Shown here piece by piece: positions 49,739-59,232 of a DNA stretch of 64,000 bases; within the stretch, counting starts at the first letter, position 1; every line of letters starts with the position of its first letter. Where the stretch lies: assembly GCA_964384945.1 (NCBI GenBank), contig CAYLMK010000004.1:264109-328108 (forward strand), in the 5' to 3' direction. The notes under the pieces were generated by a model that was not told where the DNA came from, ran no database searches, and saw only the letters and a list, made by a program, of their open reading frames with translations. Origin of the DNA: an uncultured Thermodesulfobacteriota bacterium (GTDB lineage Bacteria; Desulfobacterota; DSWW01). Made by a program: the position numbers and the translations under genes.

Positions 49739-50080
49739 TCAGGCATTCTCTGCCCAGGACATAGGGAGCGATGCTCTCCCAGTTGGTCCAATCCTCATCG
49801 CCGAAGCAAAGCGCGAAGCGCAAATGAGGGCGCCAGTTACCGCTCCGCAAGGTCCCCCGGTCATGCCCGATCCCGGCATTGCCGCCAGCCCTTTGATGAT
49901 ATCCGCCGAGCCCAGGCCAAACGTCTCGAACAGGGCGGTAGCGGTTCCTCGCGCGCAGTTTCTGGTATGGACAATGCTGGGGGCTGGAAAAGGGCGTGTC
50001 TGGGCATAGGTGGTTTGGGAAGGAGACGACGGCTCCGACACGGAGATCTTTCGTGCGGTGCCCCGCAGCGACGGCAACAC
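49739..50080 (-). pseudogene. Truncated C_GCAxxG_C_C-family (putative redox-active) protein remnant
   Basis: NCARGTATALFETFGLGSADIIKGLAAMPGSGMTGGPCGAVTGALI matches the N-terminal NCAQ...GGGM...CGAxxG signature. The ORF stops about 35 aa after the motif (family members continue about 80 aa). A possible C-terminal piece lies in another frame (49662-49850) that overlaps the FadH-like gene. Confidence 0.3.
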
Positions 50081-50136
50081 GGACGGTTACTGCGCGGGAA
50101 GGAGTAAATTAACGAACTGAACAATGTCTCCCTATG

Positions 50137-50787
50137 CTACTTCTTGCGCGCAATAACCACTTCGGAGGGGATGCCGAAGGCGGCCATCTTGCGCTGATGC
50201 ACAATCGCCCAGCCGGGGGTCTCGAAGCGGCGTCCGAGTTGAATCGGCCTGCAACCGCCGACCAAGGCCGGCCGGAAGGCGTAGAGCCCTTTCCAGATCG
50301 CCATCACCAGCCATGAAAGAGCCCCGGCCGCTTCGGTGAGGCTTACGAGACAGATGCGCCCGCCTTTTCCCAAGACCCGTCCGGCTTCCTGGATGACCGC
50401 TTCGATCTCCGGCTCGGGCAGGATGTCCAGAACAAAGGTAGACAAGAACCGGTCCGCGTCACCGTCGGGCAGGGGCAGGGAGGATCCGCCCTCGGTCCGG
50501 ACCACCTCGGCCCTCGTTCCGTAGGGCCGAAGCCGATCCCGCGCCAGAGCAACCATGGCGGGGCTCAGGTCGCATCCCCAGTAGCGGGCGGTCTCCGGAA
50601 GACAGGCCGACAGCAGGCGCTTGGCCAGCCTCCCGGTTCCGCAACCGAACTCGACGACCCGTTCCGCAGAGCCGAAATCGGCGTGCCGGATCATCTCCTC
50701 CAGGGCCGGGTCCTCGTAGAAGGCCTGGCCGTCCTGCTTCTTCCCGAACCGGTCATAGAAGGCCTGAACCTTTTCTCTCTCCAGCAT
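50137..50787 (-). CDS. Class I SAM-dependent methyltransferase
   Basis: RBS AAGGAG 6 nt upstream of the ATG at 50787. Motif I VVEFGCGTGRLA. Confidence 0.75.
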   Translation of the reverse strand: MLEREKVQAFYDRFGKKQDGQAFYEDPALEEMIRHADFGSAERVVEFGCGTGRLAKRLLSACLPETARYWGCDLSPAMVALARDRLRPYGTRAEVVRTEGGSSLPLPDGDADRFLSTFVLDILPEPEIEAVIQEAGRVLGKGGRICLVSLTEAAGALSWLVMAIWKGLYAFRPALVGGCRPIQLGRRFETPGWAIVHQRKMAAFGIPSEVVIARKK

Positions 50788-50838
50788 CCGCACTCCTTGC
50801 CCCGGGAGAACGGTCTCCCGGGTGCACCCATATAAGAG

Positions 50839-52551
50839 TCATCCCGCCCGTTTCTGCAAGGGGTAGGATCCATGTTCTTCGACGGCTCTCCGCATGGCCC
50901 GCATGTTCTCTTCGGGCATGTCCCGGGGAATCTCACAGCCTCCCGAAAGAATGAACCCGCCGCCCGGCGCCGCCGCTTCGATGGCCTTCGCGCAGGCTCT
51001 TTCAACGTCTTTCGGAGAGCCCAGCTGAAGCACCCGGTTCGTGTCGATGTTCCCCATGAGGGTCATCCGGTCACCGATCTGCTTCTTCGCCTTTTCGAGG
51101 TTCACCTGGTGATCGAAATGGAGGGCGCCGCCGGGATTCACTTCCGGGGCAAAGCCGATGCACTGAGGCACATACCCGCAGCAGTGCACGATGACAGGGG
51201 CCCCGAGGGCGCCGATTCTTTCGTAGGTCCTCTTCTCATGCCCGTGAACGAACCTCTTGAAGGTCTCCGGGGACATGAAATAGCCGCTCGATTCGCCGGC
51301 CCCGATGAGGTCCGCCCCTGCATCGATCATCGCCCTCGCGTATTCGACCTGAAAGTCCCCGAACCACCCGATGATCTCGTTCAGCAGATCCGGGTCGCTG
51401 TCCATGAGGAAGAAGACACGGGGGTCGGCGGCAAAAATCGTCATGGCCCCCTGGAAAGGCCCCTGCGTCCAGCCAACAACGGCCATCTCGTCCCCCACCT
51501 CAGCCTTCACCCGCCTGACCGCATCGATCATCATCGGGATTCTTCCCCGACCGAGGTAGTGGTCCACGGGCTTGCTTCGAAGGGCTTCGAAATCCTCCCT
51601 GGCCTTCTCGAGGCGGATGGCAGGTGCCGCAATCCGCGACAGCCCATCCCGTCCGAGCACGACTTCCGCGCCGAAGGCCCCGCAGCAGCCCGCCACATCG
51701 TTGGACACGATGGCCGCATCCCATCCAAAGGCGCGTGCGGTTCGCACCTCGGCTTCCGCAAGGGCCTCGGCCTCCGTGATGTAGGACGAATAGGGGACGC
51801 CCGCATACTTGGCCGAGAAGGCCATGGACAGCGGCAGGAAAGGAACCCTGTCGGCTTCCTGCAGTTTCAGCGTCGTCAGGATCCTCTGCAGCGGGGCCCT
51901 CCGCGTTCTGCCCTTGCGGCAGAACTCCATCGAAGCCTTCACCAGTTCCAGGGCGTCCTTTGCGTAACCATCCGCGCCCAGCTCGGCTGCGAGCCGTTTC
52001 GTCGCAGAGGGCCCGCTGACGATCACCTTGATACGGTGTCGGATGCCCAGCCTGAGCAGCTCCGCCTCGAGCTCGGCTGCGGAAGCGCGGGCACGGTACG
52101 CCAGGTACAGTCCCACCGCCACGATATCCGCCTTGGTTTCGGCCGCCTTCTTCGCGATCTCCTGAGGGGCAACATCCGCCCCGGCATCGATGACCTCCAG
52201 GTCGTGGGCCCGGAGAATCGCCGAGACGATGTCTTTCCCGATGGTCCACGGACCGTCCGGCACTCCGATGACCACCTTTCCGATGGGGGCTTTCCTCTCT
52301 TTCTCCAGCGGGGCCTGCAGGGCAGCCAGGCCCATCTGGAAAGCGGCCGCGGATCGGATGATGGCGTCCAGGTACATTCCCTTCTTCCTGTAAAGGCCCG
52401 CGGTTTCCACCATCCCGGCAGACAGCCCGTGGATGACGATTTCTCTGGCTGAAATGCCGCTTTCGTAGGCCTGCCGGCAGAGTCCCGCGATGTCCCCGTA
52501 GCCGCCGCCGACCACGGTGCGGACGATTTCATGCAAGCGGTTGTTCTTCAT
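50839..52551 (-). CDS. Fused corrinoid-binding (B12 cap plus Rossmann) and MtaA/URO-D-family methyltransferase protein (MtsF-like)
   Basis: RBS AGGAGG 8 nt upstream of the ATG at 52551. The N-terminal roughly 210 aa form a B12-binding_2 cap and a B12 domain in which PDGPWTIGKDIV replaces the DxHxxG motif (no His ligand). The C-terminus is URO-D-like (RVPFLPLSMAFSAKYAGVPY, GWTQGPF, IVHCCG). Confidence 0.75.
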   Translation of the reverse strand: MKNNRLHEIVRTVVGGGYGDIAGLCRQAYESGISAREIVIHGLSAGMVETAGLYRKKGMYLDAIIRSAAAFQMGLAALQAPLEKERKAPIGKVVIGVPDGPWTIGKDIVSAILRAHDLEVIDAGADVAPQEIAKKAAETKADIVAVGLYLAYRARASAAELEAELLRLGIRHRIKVIVSGPSATKRLAAELGADGYAKDALELVKASMEFCRKGRTRRAPLQRILTTLKLQEADRVPFLPLSMAFSAKYAGVPYSSYITEAEALAEAEVRTARAFGWDAAIVSNDVAGCCGAFGAEVVLGRDGLSRIAAPAIRLEKAREDFEALRSKPVDHYLGRGRIPMMIDAVRRVKAEVGDEMAVVGWTQGPFQGAMTIFAADPRVFFLMDSDPDLLNEIIGWFGDFQVEYARAMIDAGADLIGAGESSGYFMSPETFKRFVHGHEKRTYERIGALGAPVIVHCCGYVPQCIGFAPEVNPGGALHFDHQVNLEKAKKQIGDRMTLMGNIDTNRVLQLGSPKDVERACAKAIEAAAPGGGFILSGGCEIPRDMPEENMRAMRRAVEEHGSYPLQKRAG

Positions 52552-53164
52552 CGCATTGTCCTCCTGCGTGGGCCAGCAGTCCCGATGTGATGAGCTGCAC
52601 GGCGGCGGTGCGCACCTTCGACAGCGTGCCCGGGTACCGTTCGAACACTTCGTGCAGGACCACCCCATCATAAAGGGAAATGAGCAGGTCCGCTGCGGCC
52701 TCCGGGTCGACTTCGGCGCGGCACTGTCCGCATGCCTGTCCCTTTTCGATCACCTCCTTCAGGAGATTTCGCATCACGCCGTAAATGTCGGCCAACGAAA
52801 AGAGTTGATCCCCCGAGGTCCGGGCGGCGCTGAAATAATCCATGTAGACGGCGCAATGCTCCCGCCACGCTTCCACGTGGGAGAGGGCGAACTCCACCAG
52901 AGCAATGAGCTGCCTGCCCGGTCTGTCTGCAGAGCGAACGACCCCCAGGACCCCCTGATTGAAAGCCTCGAAGTACCGGTCGAAAGAGAACCGGAGGATC
53001 TCGTCCTTGGCGCGGAAATACTCGTAAACCGTCCCTTTGCCGACCCCGGACGCCTCGGCGATGTCCGCCATCCGGGTCCGGTGGTAGCCCGTAGAGCGAA
53101 ACACGCCCATGGCGGCCCTCGCGATAGCCTCTTTCTTGCCCTTCTTGTCGACTTTTCTCGGCAT
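52529..53164 (-). CDS. TetR-family transcriptional regulator (upstream of the corrinoid methyltransferase gene, 23-nt overlap)
   Basis: HTH IARAAMGVFRSTGYHRTRMADIAEASGVGKGTVYEYF. The ATG at 53164 lies 24 nt downstream of a palindromic operator. Confidence 0.75.
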   Translation of the reverse strand: MPRKVDKKGKKEAIARAAMGVFRSTGYHRTRMADIAEASGVGKGTVYEYFRAKDEILRFSFDRYFEAFNQGVLGVVRSADRPGRQLIALVEFALSHVEAWREHCAVYMDYFSAARTSGDQLFSLADIYGVMRNLLKEVIEKGQACGQCRAEVDPEAAADLLISLYDGVVLHEVFERYPGTLSKVRTAAVQLITSGLLAHAGGQCDEEQPLA

Positions 53165-53187
53165 CCGGCGGCGGCCCTCCCTTTTTT

Positions 53188-53207
53188 TGACCGACGGTTC
53201 GGTCAAT
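53188..53207. promoter_or_regulatory. Palindromic operator TTGACCGA-cggt-TCGGTCAA upstream of the TetR gene
   Basis: Perfect 8-bp inverted repeat with a 4-nt spacer. A partial second copy (gacggttcg ttgtcaag) lies at about 53226-53243. Confidence 0.45.
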
Positions 53208-53816
53208 TATCAGTTTGCGGTATTGGACGGTTCGTTGTCAAGGCGGGCCAACCGCCGACTTGCGGGAACCATAGCTCCGAGTCGTAGATGCGGAAAGGCT
53301 TCGCGATAGCCCGCCTCCCGATCGAGAGTAGCTTCCGCAAACGGAACTCTTTCTCATGAACACCGGGAAAGCCGCGGCCGGCGGGAGCCCGGCCTCGACC
53401 TGGGCAAGGCTCATCCGCCGTATCTTCGAAGGGGACCGGACACAGATGCAGTGGTACATGCGGTCCCGGTTATTCCGGGGCCCTCTTTCCGTGGAACGGG
53501 CCCTCCAGAGGCCGCAGACCCAGAAGGCAGGAACCTTGGATGGAACCCTCCTCTCAGGATCCCGGGCCGTCATCCGGAAGGGCAGGAAACCTGGCGGCCG
53601 CGTCGTGCGAACACACGGTAACCCATTGGCGAACTTGCTGCTCCATAAGGGTAAGAAGTTGCCCAACGAGGCAAGGCGGCATGGACAAAGAGAAAACCCG
53701 GGTCTCTCGTAAGGATTCGAAATGAATGGGTTTTCCACAGAACAGGAAATGGCACGCGGATTGAGTAAGCCTTCGCAAGAGCTTCGATCATGCAGCCGGG
53801 AGCAGGAGGAAAGAAG

Positions 53817-53984
53817 ATGAACCGACTGAAACCCCGCTGGACGAGGAGTCGCCCGACGAGTGCAGGGGATGCGGAAATCCTTGGGCTTCTCAAGGAAGCC
53901 TTCGTGTGCGTCAGCATCCCGGTCGCAGCCTTTGCGATTGCGTACATGACGCTGCAAGCGGCGATCCGCATCTTCCAGGGATAG
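53817..53984 (+). CDS. Small hypothetical protein (55 aa), basic N-terminus plus C-terminal transmembrane helix
   Basis: Strong RBS AGGAGGAAAGAAG 7 nt upstream of the ATG. Sequence MNRLKPRWTRSRPTSAGDAEILGLLKEAFVCVSIPVAAFAIAYMTLQAAIRIFQG. The only protein-like ORF in a roughly 0.9 kb stretch that otherwise looks non-coding. Confidence 0.35.
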   Translation: MNRLKPRWTRSRPTSAGDAEILGLLKEAFVCVSIPVAAFAIAYMTLQAAIRIFQG

Positions 53985-54121
53985 TCCCGGTTCCTCGGGG
54001 CGGCGCACGGCCTTCCCTACCCGGTTGACAGCGCCGGGCGCTGCGCGCCGTGTACGGCGCACGAAAAAGAAGGGCCTGGGAAATCCCAGGCCCTCTCCAA
54101 AAAAACCGATTCGATCAGAGG

Positions 54122-55885
54122 CTAGAAAAGTCCGCTCACCTTGCCCGTCTTCACGTCCACATCGATTCTCCGGAACGCCGGGTTGGAACCGGTCCCCGGC
54201 ATCAGGCTGATCGTGCCTGCGCAAGGGCACAGGAATTTCGCGCCCGAGTAAATCAGAACGTCGCGGATCGGCAGGGTCCAGCCTTTGGGAACCCCCTTGA
54301 GGGTGGGATCATGGGTGAGGCTGAGGTGCGTCTTCACCATCATGGTTGCGAAGTCGGCGTACTTGGGATCGTCTTCCAGCATCTTGGCCTTCTGCTCCGC
54401 TTCCTGGGTCCAGGAAACACCGTCCGCGCCGTAAACCTCTTTTGCGATGAGCGCAACGCGGTCGCGCAGCTTCATCTCGAGGGGATAGAGGAACTTGAAC
54501 TGGTTCTCTTCCTTGCAGGCATCAAGAACCGCATCCGCCAGTTCGAGCGCGCCCTCGCCGCCCTTGAGCCAGTGCTCGGACGGAGCACAACGCGCGCCGG
54601 CTGCCTCGGCCGCCTTCTTCACCACCGCGATCTCGGCGTCGGTGTCCGTGTGGAACCGGTTGATGCAGACGACAGGGTTGATTCCGGATTTGCGGATCAC
54701 GCCGATCATGTGAACCATGTTCGCCACGCCCTTCTCGACGAGGCCGATGTTCTCCTTGGTATAGGCCTCGGGCAGAGCGATGCCGGGAACGACCCTCGGG
54801 CCTCCGCCGTGCATCTTGAGCGCCCGGATGGTGGTCGTAAGGACGGATACGTGGGGCTTCAGCCCGCTGAACCGGCATTTCACGTTCCAGAATTTCTCGA
54901 ATCCGATGTCCGCCGCAAATCCGGACTCGGTCACGTGGTAGTCGAAGAGCTTCAAGCCCACGCGGTCGGCGATGATCGAAGACTGCCCGACGGCGATATT
55001 GGCGAAGGGCCCGGCATGCACCATGCAAGGGTTGTACTCCGCGGTGCACAGCAGGGTGGGGTTGATCGTGTTCCTCATGAAGGCGGTCATGGCGCCGCCC
55101 ACTTCGAGATCGCCCGTGGTCACCGGTTTCCCGTTCTTGTCGAAGGCCACGGTGATCTTGTCCAGCCGGTCCCGCAGGTCGGCCAGATCCCGGACAACCG
55201 ACAGGATCGCCATGCATTCGGACCCGACCGCGATCCCGAACTTGGACTGCATCATGAAGCCGTCCTGCCGTCCGCCGATCCCGATGATGATGTTCCGCAG
55301 CGACTGTGCGCAGAAATCCATGACCCACCCGAGCTCGATGCGGGTGGGGTCGATGTTGAGCCGGCGCATGCCGGTCAGCCGCTGCAACTGCTCGTCGTTG
55401 TAGTTCCTCTCGTGCTGCATTCGCGCCGTCATGGCAACCATCGCCAGGTTGTGGGCGTTCATGATGTCGTTGATATCACCCGTGAGGCCGAGGGAAAACT
55501 CCGTCATGGGGATCAGCAGGGCGTTCCCGCCGCCGGCAGCCGTTCCCTTGACGTTCATGGTCGGGCCGCCGGAGGGCTGCCGGAGGGCGCCGCCGACATT
55601 GACGCCCCGCTTGCCGAGGCCTTCCATGAGGCCGCACGAGGTGGTGCTTTTCCCCTCTCCCAGAGGAGTGGGGGTGATCGCCGTGACTTCGAGGTACTTT
55701 CCGTCCGGTTTGTTCTTCAGACGCTCGATGATCTTCAGAAAGTCCAGCTTGGCCAGCCGACCCATGGGGAGCATCTCTTCCTTTTCGAGCCCGAGCTTCT
55801 CTCTCCACTGGTCGGGCGTGGGCATGTTCTTCTCCGCTGCCTCGGAGATCTGCCAGTCCTGCATCTTGACCGCATCGTAGGCCAT
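54122..55885 (-). CDS. fhs: Formate--tetrahydrofolate ligase
   Basis: RBS AAGGAGG upstream. Motifs [12 protein letters not shown] and FANIA; 587 aa is typical of Fhs. Confidence 0.95.
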   Translation of the reverse strand: MAYDAVKMQDWQISEAAEKNMPTPDQWREKLGLEKEEMLPMGRLAKLDFLKIIERLKNKPDGKYLEVTAITPTPLGEGKSTTSCGLMEGLGKRGVNVGGALRQPSGGPTMNVKGTAAGGGNALLIPMTEFSLGLTGDINDIMNAHNLAMVAMTARMQHERNYNDEQLQRLTGMRRLNIDPTRIELGWVMDFCAQSLRNIIIGIGGRQDGFMMQSKFGIAVGSECMAILSVVRDLADLRDRLDKITVAFDKNGKPVTTGDLEVGGAMTAFMRNTINPTLLCTAEYNPCMVHAGPFANIAVGQSSIIADRVGLKLFDYHVTESGFAADIGFEKFWNVKCRFSGLKPHVSVLTTTIRALKMHGGGPRVVPGIALPEAYTKENIGLVEKGVANMVHMIGVIRKSGINPVVCINRFHTDTDAEIAVVKKAAEAAGARCAPSEHWLKGGEGALELADAVLDACKEENQFKFLYPLEMKLRDRVALIAKEVYGADGVSWTQEAEQKAKMLEDDPKYADFATMMVKTHLSLTHDPTLKGVPKGWTLPIRDVLIYSGAKFLCPCAGTISLMPGTGSNPAFRRIDVDVKTGKVSGLF

Positions 55886-56281
55886 TTTCCCATTCCTCCT
55901 TTACTTGATTTGCCGATCCAACTGGAATTCCTGAGGCTTTTCCGTCCGCCTCCTCTGTCGCGTCGACTCCCTCTCCGCGTGCACCGCGATCAACAGCCGC
56001 AGACCCCCTCGCCCGAAGGAAATGCCTGCCGATGTTTTTCAAAGACGCGAAGGATAGCACGTCACGGCAGAATAAGCAAGCGGCGTTACGAGCAGAGTAA
56101 AACAGGATGGAGTAAATAAAACACACGCCGCGAGCCCTCGCCGGCCCCCTGTCGGTTGGCGAGTTCGAAACGCTCCTGCGCACGGCCCAGCATGCCCGCC
56201 GCGGCGAAAGCCCGGGGGCGCCCCGAGGATGGAGGGCTCACCGCACAAGGGAAAGAACTGCGCCGGCCACGGCGCGGCGCC

Positions 56282-57628
56282 CTAGAAGCGGGTGTATTCG
56301 ATCAGGCGGCGGACCTCCCCCCTCCAGGGACCCTTCCAGAGCGCAAGGATCTCCCTGGCAGGACAGACCCAGCCCTCCCGAAGCCGCGAAGCAAGGGGCT
56401 CAAGGTATACCGATTCATCCCGGCCGTCCGCATTGCGCTGGTCTAGACGTCTGAGCCCGTCCCGGGCCGCCCGGACAAGCTCGACGATCCTCTGCCTCGC
56501 CGAGGCTCCGTGGATTCGCGCTTCGGGGCCTCTGCGACTGATGGTCAGGTAAAGCCCCTGCCTTGCTACCGAGCTCCAGGGCTTCACTATCTCCCAGGCT
56601 TCCTTTCGGGCCTGCTCGTCGTACAAGAGTCCCTTGACGAGGGCCGGAAAGGCCATCTCCAGGCCGGGCGGAGGGCAGTCCGCCCCCCGAACCTCCAGGT
56701 ACGGCTTGAATCTCGATTCGGTGAACAGGGTCGATAGGTGAAGAAGCCAGTCACCCCAGGTGGGTCTGTATCCCTGATAGCCGGTTTCCATGTATCGCCG
56801 GAACGTGATCCGGCCGGCGATCTCGACCCAGTTCTCATCCCGAACCACGAAGAGCATGGGCACGTCCAGGGCGTACTCAATGTAGTCCCGGAAGCCCGCG
56901 TCCGCGTGGTAGAGTCTTTCAATGAAACCGCACCTTGACGGATCGGTGTGCTGCCAGATGTAGGCGCGGCGTGTGAGAAATCCGTTCGACCTTCCTCCGG
57001 AAATGCAGGAGTTAGCAAACAGGGCCGTGAGCAGGGGAGAGACGGCCATGGAAAGCCGGAACTTCTCCATGGCGTCCTCTTCGTCTTTGTAGTCGAGGTT
57101 GAGCTGGAGGGCTGCGGTCTCGCGCATCATGGCGAGGCTCAGCTCGCCCCGGCTCGGCAGGTAGCGGGTCATGATGTCGTAGCGCTTCTTGGGCAGCAGC
57201 TCGATTTCCCTCCAGGAAGACACCGGCTGGTTGCCGAAGCCTATCCACACCCTCTTTCGGGGATCGGAGACGGACCTCAACTCGTCGAGGTGGCGCCTGA
57301 CCTCCTCCGCCACTTCGTGAAGCGTACGATGAGGAGCTCCGCTCAGCTCGAGCTGCGCGCCCGGCTCCAGGGTGATGCGGCTCTCCCCTCTCTCCAGTTC
57401 CAGGAGCCGGCCATCGACGAAATGAGGGGTGTAGCCGTACTGGTCGGCCAGCCTCGAGAGGGCCTGCTCCACCCCGTCCGGACCGGTGTAGGGGATCGCC
57501 TTCCCTGTCGTCGGGTCGACCCCGAGTTTCTCGAACTCGATCCCCATCTTCCACTGCTCGGGAGGCTTGAAGGCCTCCAGGAAGAATCGCCCCAGTTCCT
57601 CCTTGCACGCGATCGGATGATCCGCCAT
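56282..57628 (-). CDS. gshA: Glutamate--cysteine ligase, plant/proteobacterial GCS2 type
   Basis: RBS AGGGGG upstream. MMRETAALQLNLD and FTESRFKPYLEVRGAD resemble the GCS2-family core. Confidence 0.8.
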   Translation of the reverse strand: MADHPIACKEELGRFFLEAFKPPEQWKMGIEFEKLGVDPTTGKAIPYTGPDGVEQALSRLADQYGYTPHFVDGRLLELERGESRITLEPGAQLELSGAPHRTLHEVAEEVRRHLDELRSVSDPRKRVWIGFGNQPVSSWREIELLPKKRYDIMTRYLPSRGELSLAMMRETAALQLNLDYKDEEDAMEKFRLSMAVSPLLTALFANSCISGGRSNGFLTRRAYIWQHTDPSRCGFIERLYHADAGFRDYIEYALDVPMLFVVRDENWVEIAGRITFRRYMETGYQGYRPTWGDWLLHLSTLFTESRFKPYLEVRGADCPPPGLEMAFPALVKGLLYDEQARKEAWEIVKPWSSVARQGLYLTISRRGPEARIHGASARQRIVELVRAARDGLRRLDQRNADGRDESVYLEPLASRLREGWVCPAREILALWKGPWRGEVRRLIEYTRF

Positions 57629-57852
57629 TCGTTCCGACCCCCTGCCCTGCCAAATCTCTTTCCCCGGCCCCGGTCTCCGCCCCAGCGGGAAACCGACGGG
57701 GCTCGGCGCGCAACCCCATTACTATGGACTTTTCCCATCGGGCGGGTCAAGAACAGGTGCGGAAGCACGGGCCGCGCGGCCGCCACACCGGTTTGACCCC
57801 GCCCGCGGCTCTCCGATAAAAGAGACCGAAGACCAGGCAGGGGGCAGCCGCA

Positions 57853-59175
57853 ATGATCCCATCCCCGCTTTACGAAGCCTATATGGAGGTCTACACTCCG
57901 GACCGGTTCATGGAGTTCTACGCCTCCATCGAACAGGAGCTCTTCCTTCGAGCGAACCCCTCCCGGCCGATCCCCTTCTCCCCGGTTCCCATCGTCCTGG
58001 ATCCAAGGTTCGAGGCCCGATTCATCCGGGCAGTCTCTCTGCTCTGGAAAATCTTGAAAAACACGACCTATCGCGAGCTTTCCGCAGAGGGCATCCCGAA
58101 ACCGCTTCGCCCTCCTTCCCAAGACATGCCGGAGATCGCCTTTGATCCGGACCACAACATCGGCTGTATCGACCTGCACATCCACCAGGGGGCCCTGAGG
58201 ATGATCGAGTTCATGGTCCTTCCCCCTGGGTGCGTCGGAGTCTACCCCGGTATGCTGGATCATTACGGATCCTATTTGCGATCCCTTCTGCCGGACCGCA
58301 GCGCCGCTTGTTTTCGCGAAGGATGGAGCCGGGAAAGGTGCGAAGAGGTCATGCTCGCACAGATCATCGGGCGGGGCGAGCCGGAACGGATCGCGATCGT
58401 GGACTGGGAGCCGCAAGGGCAGGTCACCTACGGCGAGTTCTGTTACACCCTCGACATGCTGTCGAAGAGAAGGGGGGTTCAGGGCGTCATCGTCGACCCA
58501 AGGGAACTCGCGATGGAACGGGGGAAGATCTTCGCAAAGGGGCTCCGGATCGACCGGATCCTCAACCGGCTCACGCTGCTCGACTGGCGTGCCCATCATG
58601 CCGAGATCGAACTCTACACCCGCCTCCTGTGGGAGGCCCCGGAAACTTTCTCTTATCACCCCTATCTGTGGTATCTGGGGGACAAGAGTTCCCTGACGCT
58701 GCTCTCCGATCCCTCGGCAATCAAGAAGATTGGGCTCTCCGCCTCCGAGGTCGAGCAGATCGCCGCCCTGGTGCCGCGGACCTTGCCCCTGGCCTCCTTC
58801 CGCTCCAAGGGAAGCCGCACAATCGATGCAGGCGGTCTGGTCGAGAGCTTCGGCAGCCCGTCGAACATTGTTTTGAAACCTCTCTCCTCTCACGGCTCCA
58901 AGGGGATCGTCTTCGGTCCCACGGATACGCCGACCCGAGAAGCCCTCGAGAGGGCGCTTCAAAACATCGATCCGACGGAGTATTCCGTCATGGAATATGT
59001 TCCGGTCCCCGAAATCCAGGTGCCTCGCGGCGGCGGCGTGCGCGAAACATGGCACTGGGACCTGCGGATCTTTGTCCTGAACAGCCGGTACGTCTTCCCC
59101 GGCGGCCGGGTCTACTTCGGCGACTACACGAACCAGGTTCCGTGCAGGGGGTTTGCCCCGCTCTTTTTCGCCTGA
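57853..59175 (+). CDS. ATP-grasp-like protein (circularly permuted or glutathionylspermidine-synthase-like), divergent from gshA
   Basis: ATP-grasp-like elements NIVLKPLSSHGSKGIVFG, VMEYVPVPEI and DLRIFVLNSRYVFPGGRVYFGD. No confident family assignment. Confidence 0.6.
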   Translation: MIPSPLYEAYMEVYTPDRFMEFYASIEQELFLRANPSRPIPFSPVPIVLDPRFEARFIRAVSLLWKILKNTTYRELSAEGIPKPLRPPSQDMPEIAFDPDHNIGCIDLHIHQGALRMIEFMVLPPGCVGVYPGMLDHYGSYLRSLLPDRSAACFREGWSRERCEEVMLAQIIGRGEPERIAIVDWEPQGQVTYGEFCYTLDMLSKRRGVQGVIVDPRELAMERGKIFAKGLRIDRILNRLTLLDWRAHHAEIELYTRLLWEAPETFSYHPYLWYLGDKSSLTLLSDPSAIKKIGLSASEVEQIAALVPRTLPLASFRSKGSRTIDAGGLVESFGSPSNIVLKPLSSHGSKGIVFGPTDTPTREALERALQNIDPTEYSVMEYVPVPEIQVPRGGGVRETWHWDLRIFVLNSRYVFPGGRVYFGDYTNQVPCRGFAPLFFA

Positions 59176-59232
59176 CAGAGGCTCTTCGCCGGTACACTCG
59201 CGGCAGGCAGGGAAAACCTCGAAAAGAGGGTT

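Noticed and set aside
49396-49850. Minus-strand ORFs (131 aa and 62 aa) overlapping the 3' end of the dienoyl-CoA reductase gene
   Set aside because: Antisense to a well-supported gene. Only considered as a possible out-of-frame continuation of the C_GCAxxG_C_C remnant, without convincing motifs.
53356-53712. 118-aa K/R/G-rich plus-strand ORF in the gene-poor region upstream of fhs
   Set aside because: No RBS and low-complexity basic composition. Overlapped by equally implausible ORFs in other frames. Kept only as part of the flagged region.
56160-56185. tRNA-like T-loop motif GAGTTCGAAACGCTC
   Set aside because: No complementary 5-bp T-stem, and no acceptor or anticodon arms could be built around it.
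55886-56281. ZTP (pfl) or THF riboswitch in the fhs leader
   Set aside because: Neither the pfl pseudoknot consensus (UGGCG ... CCGCCUGGGCA) nor the THF core could be found by eye on the minus strand. Left as an unexplained long leader only.
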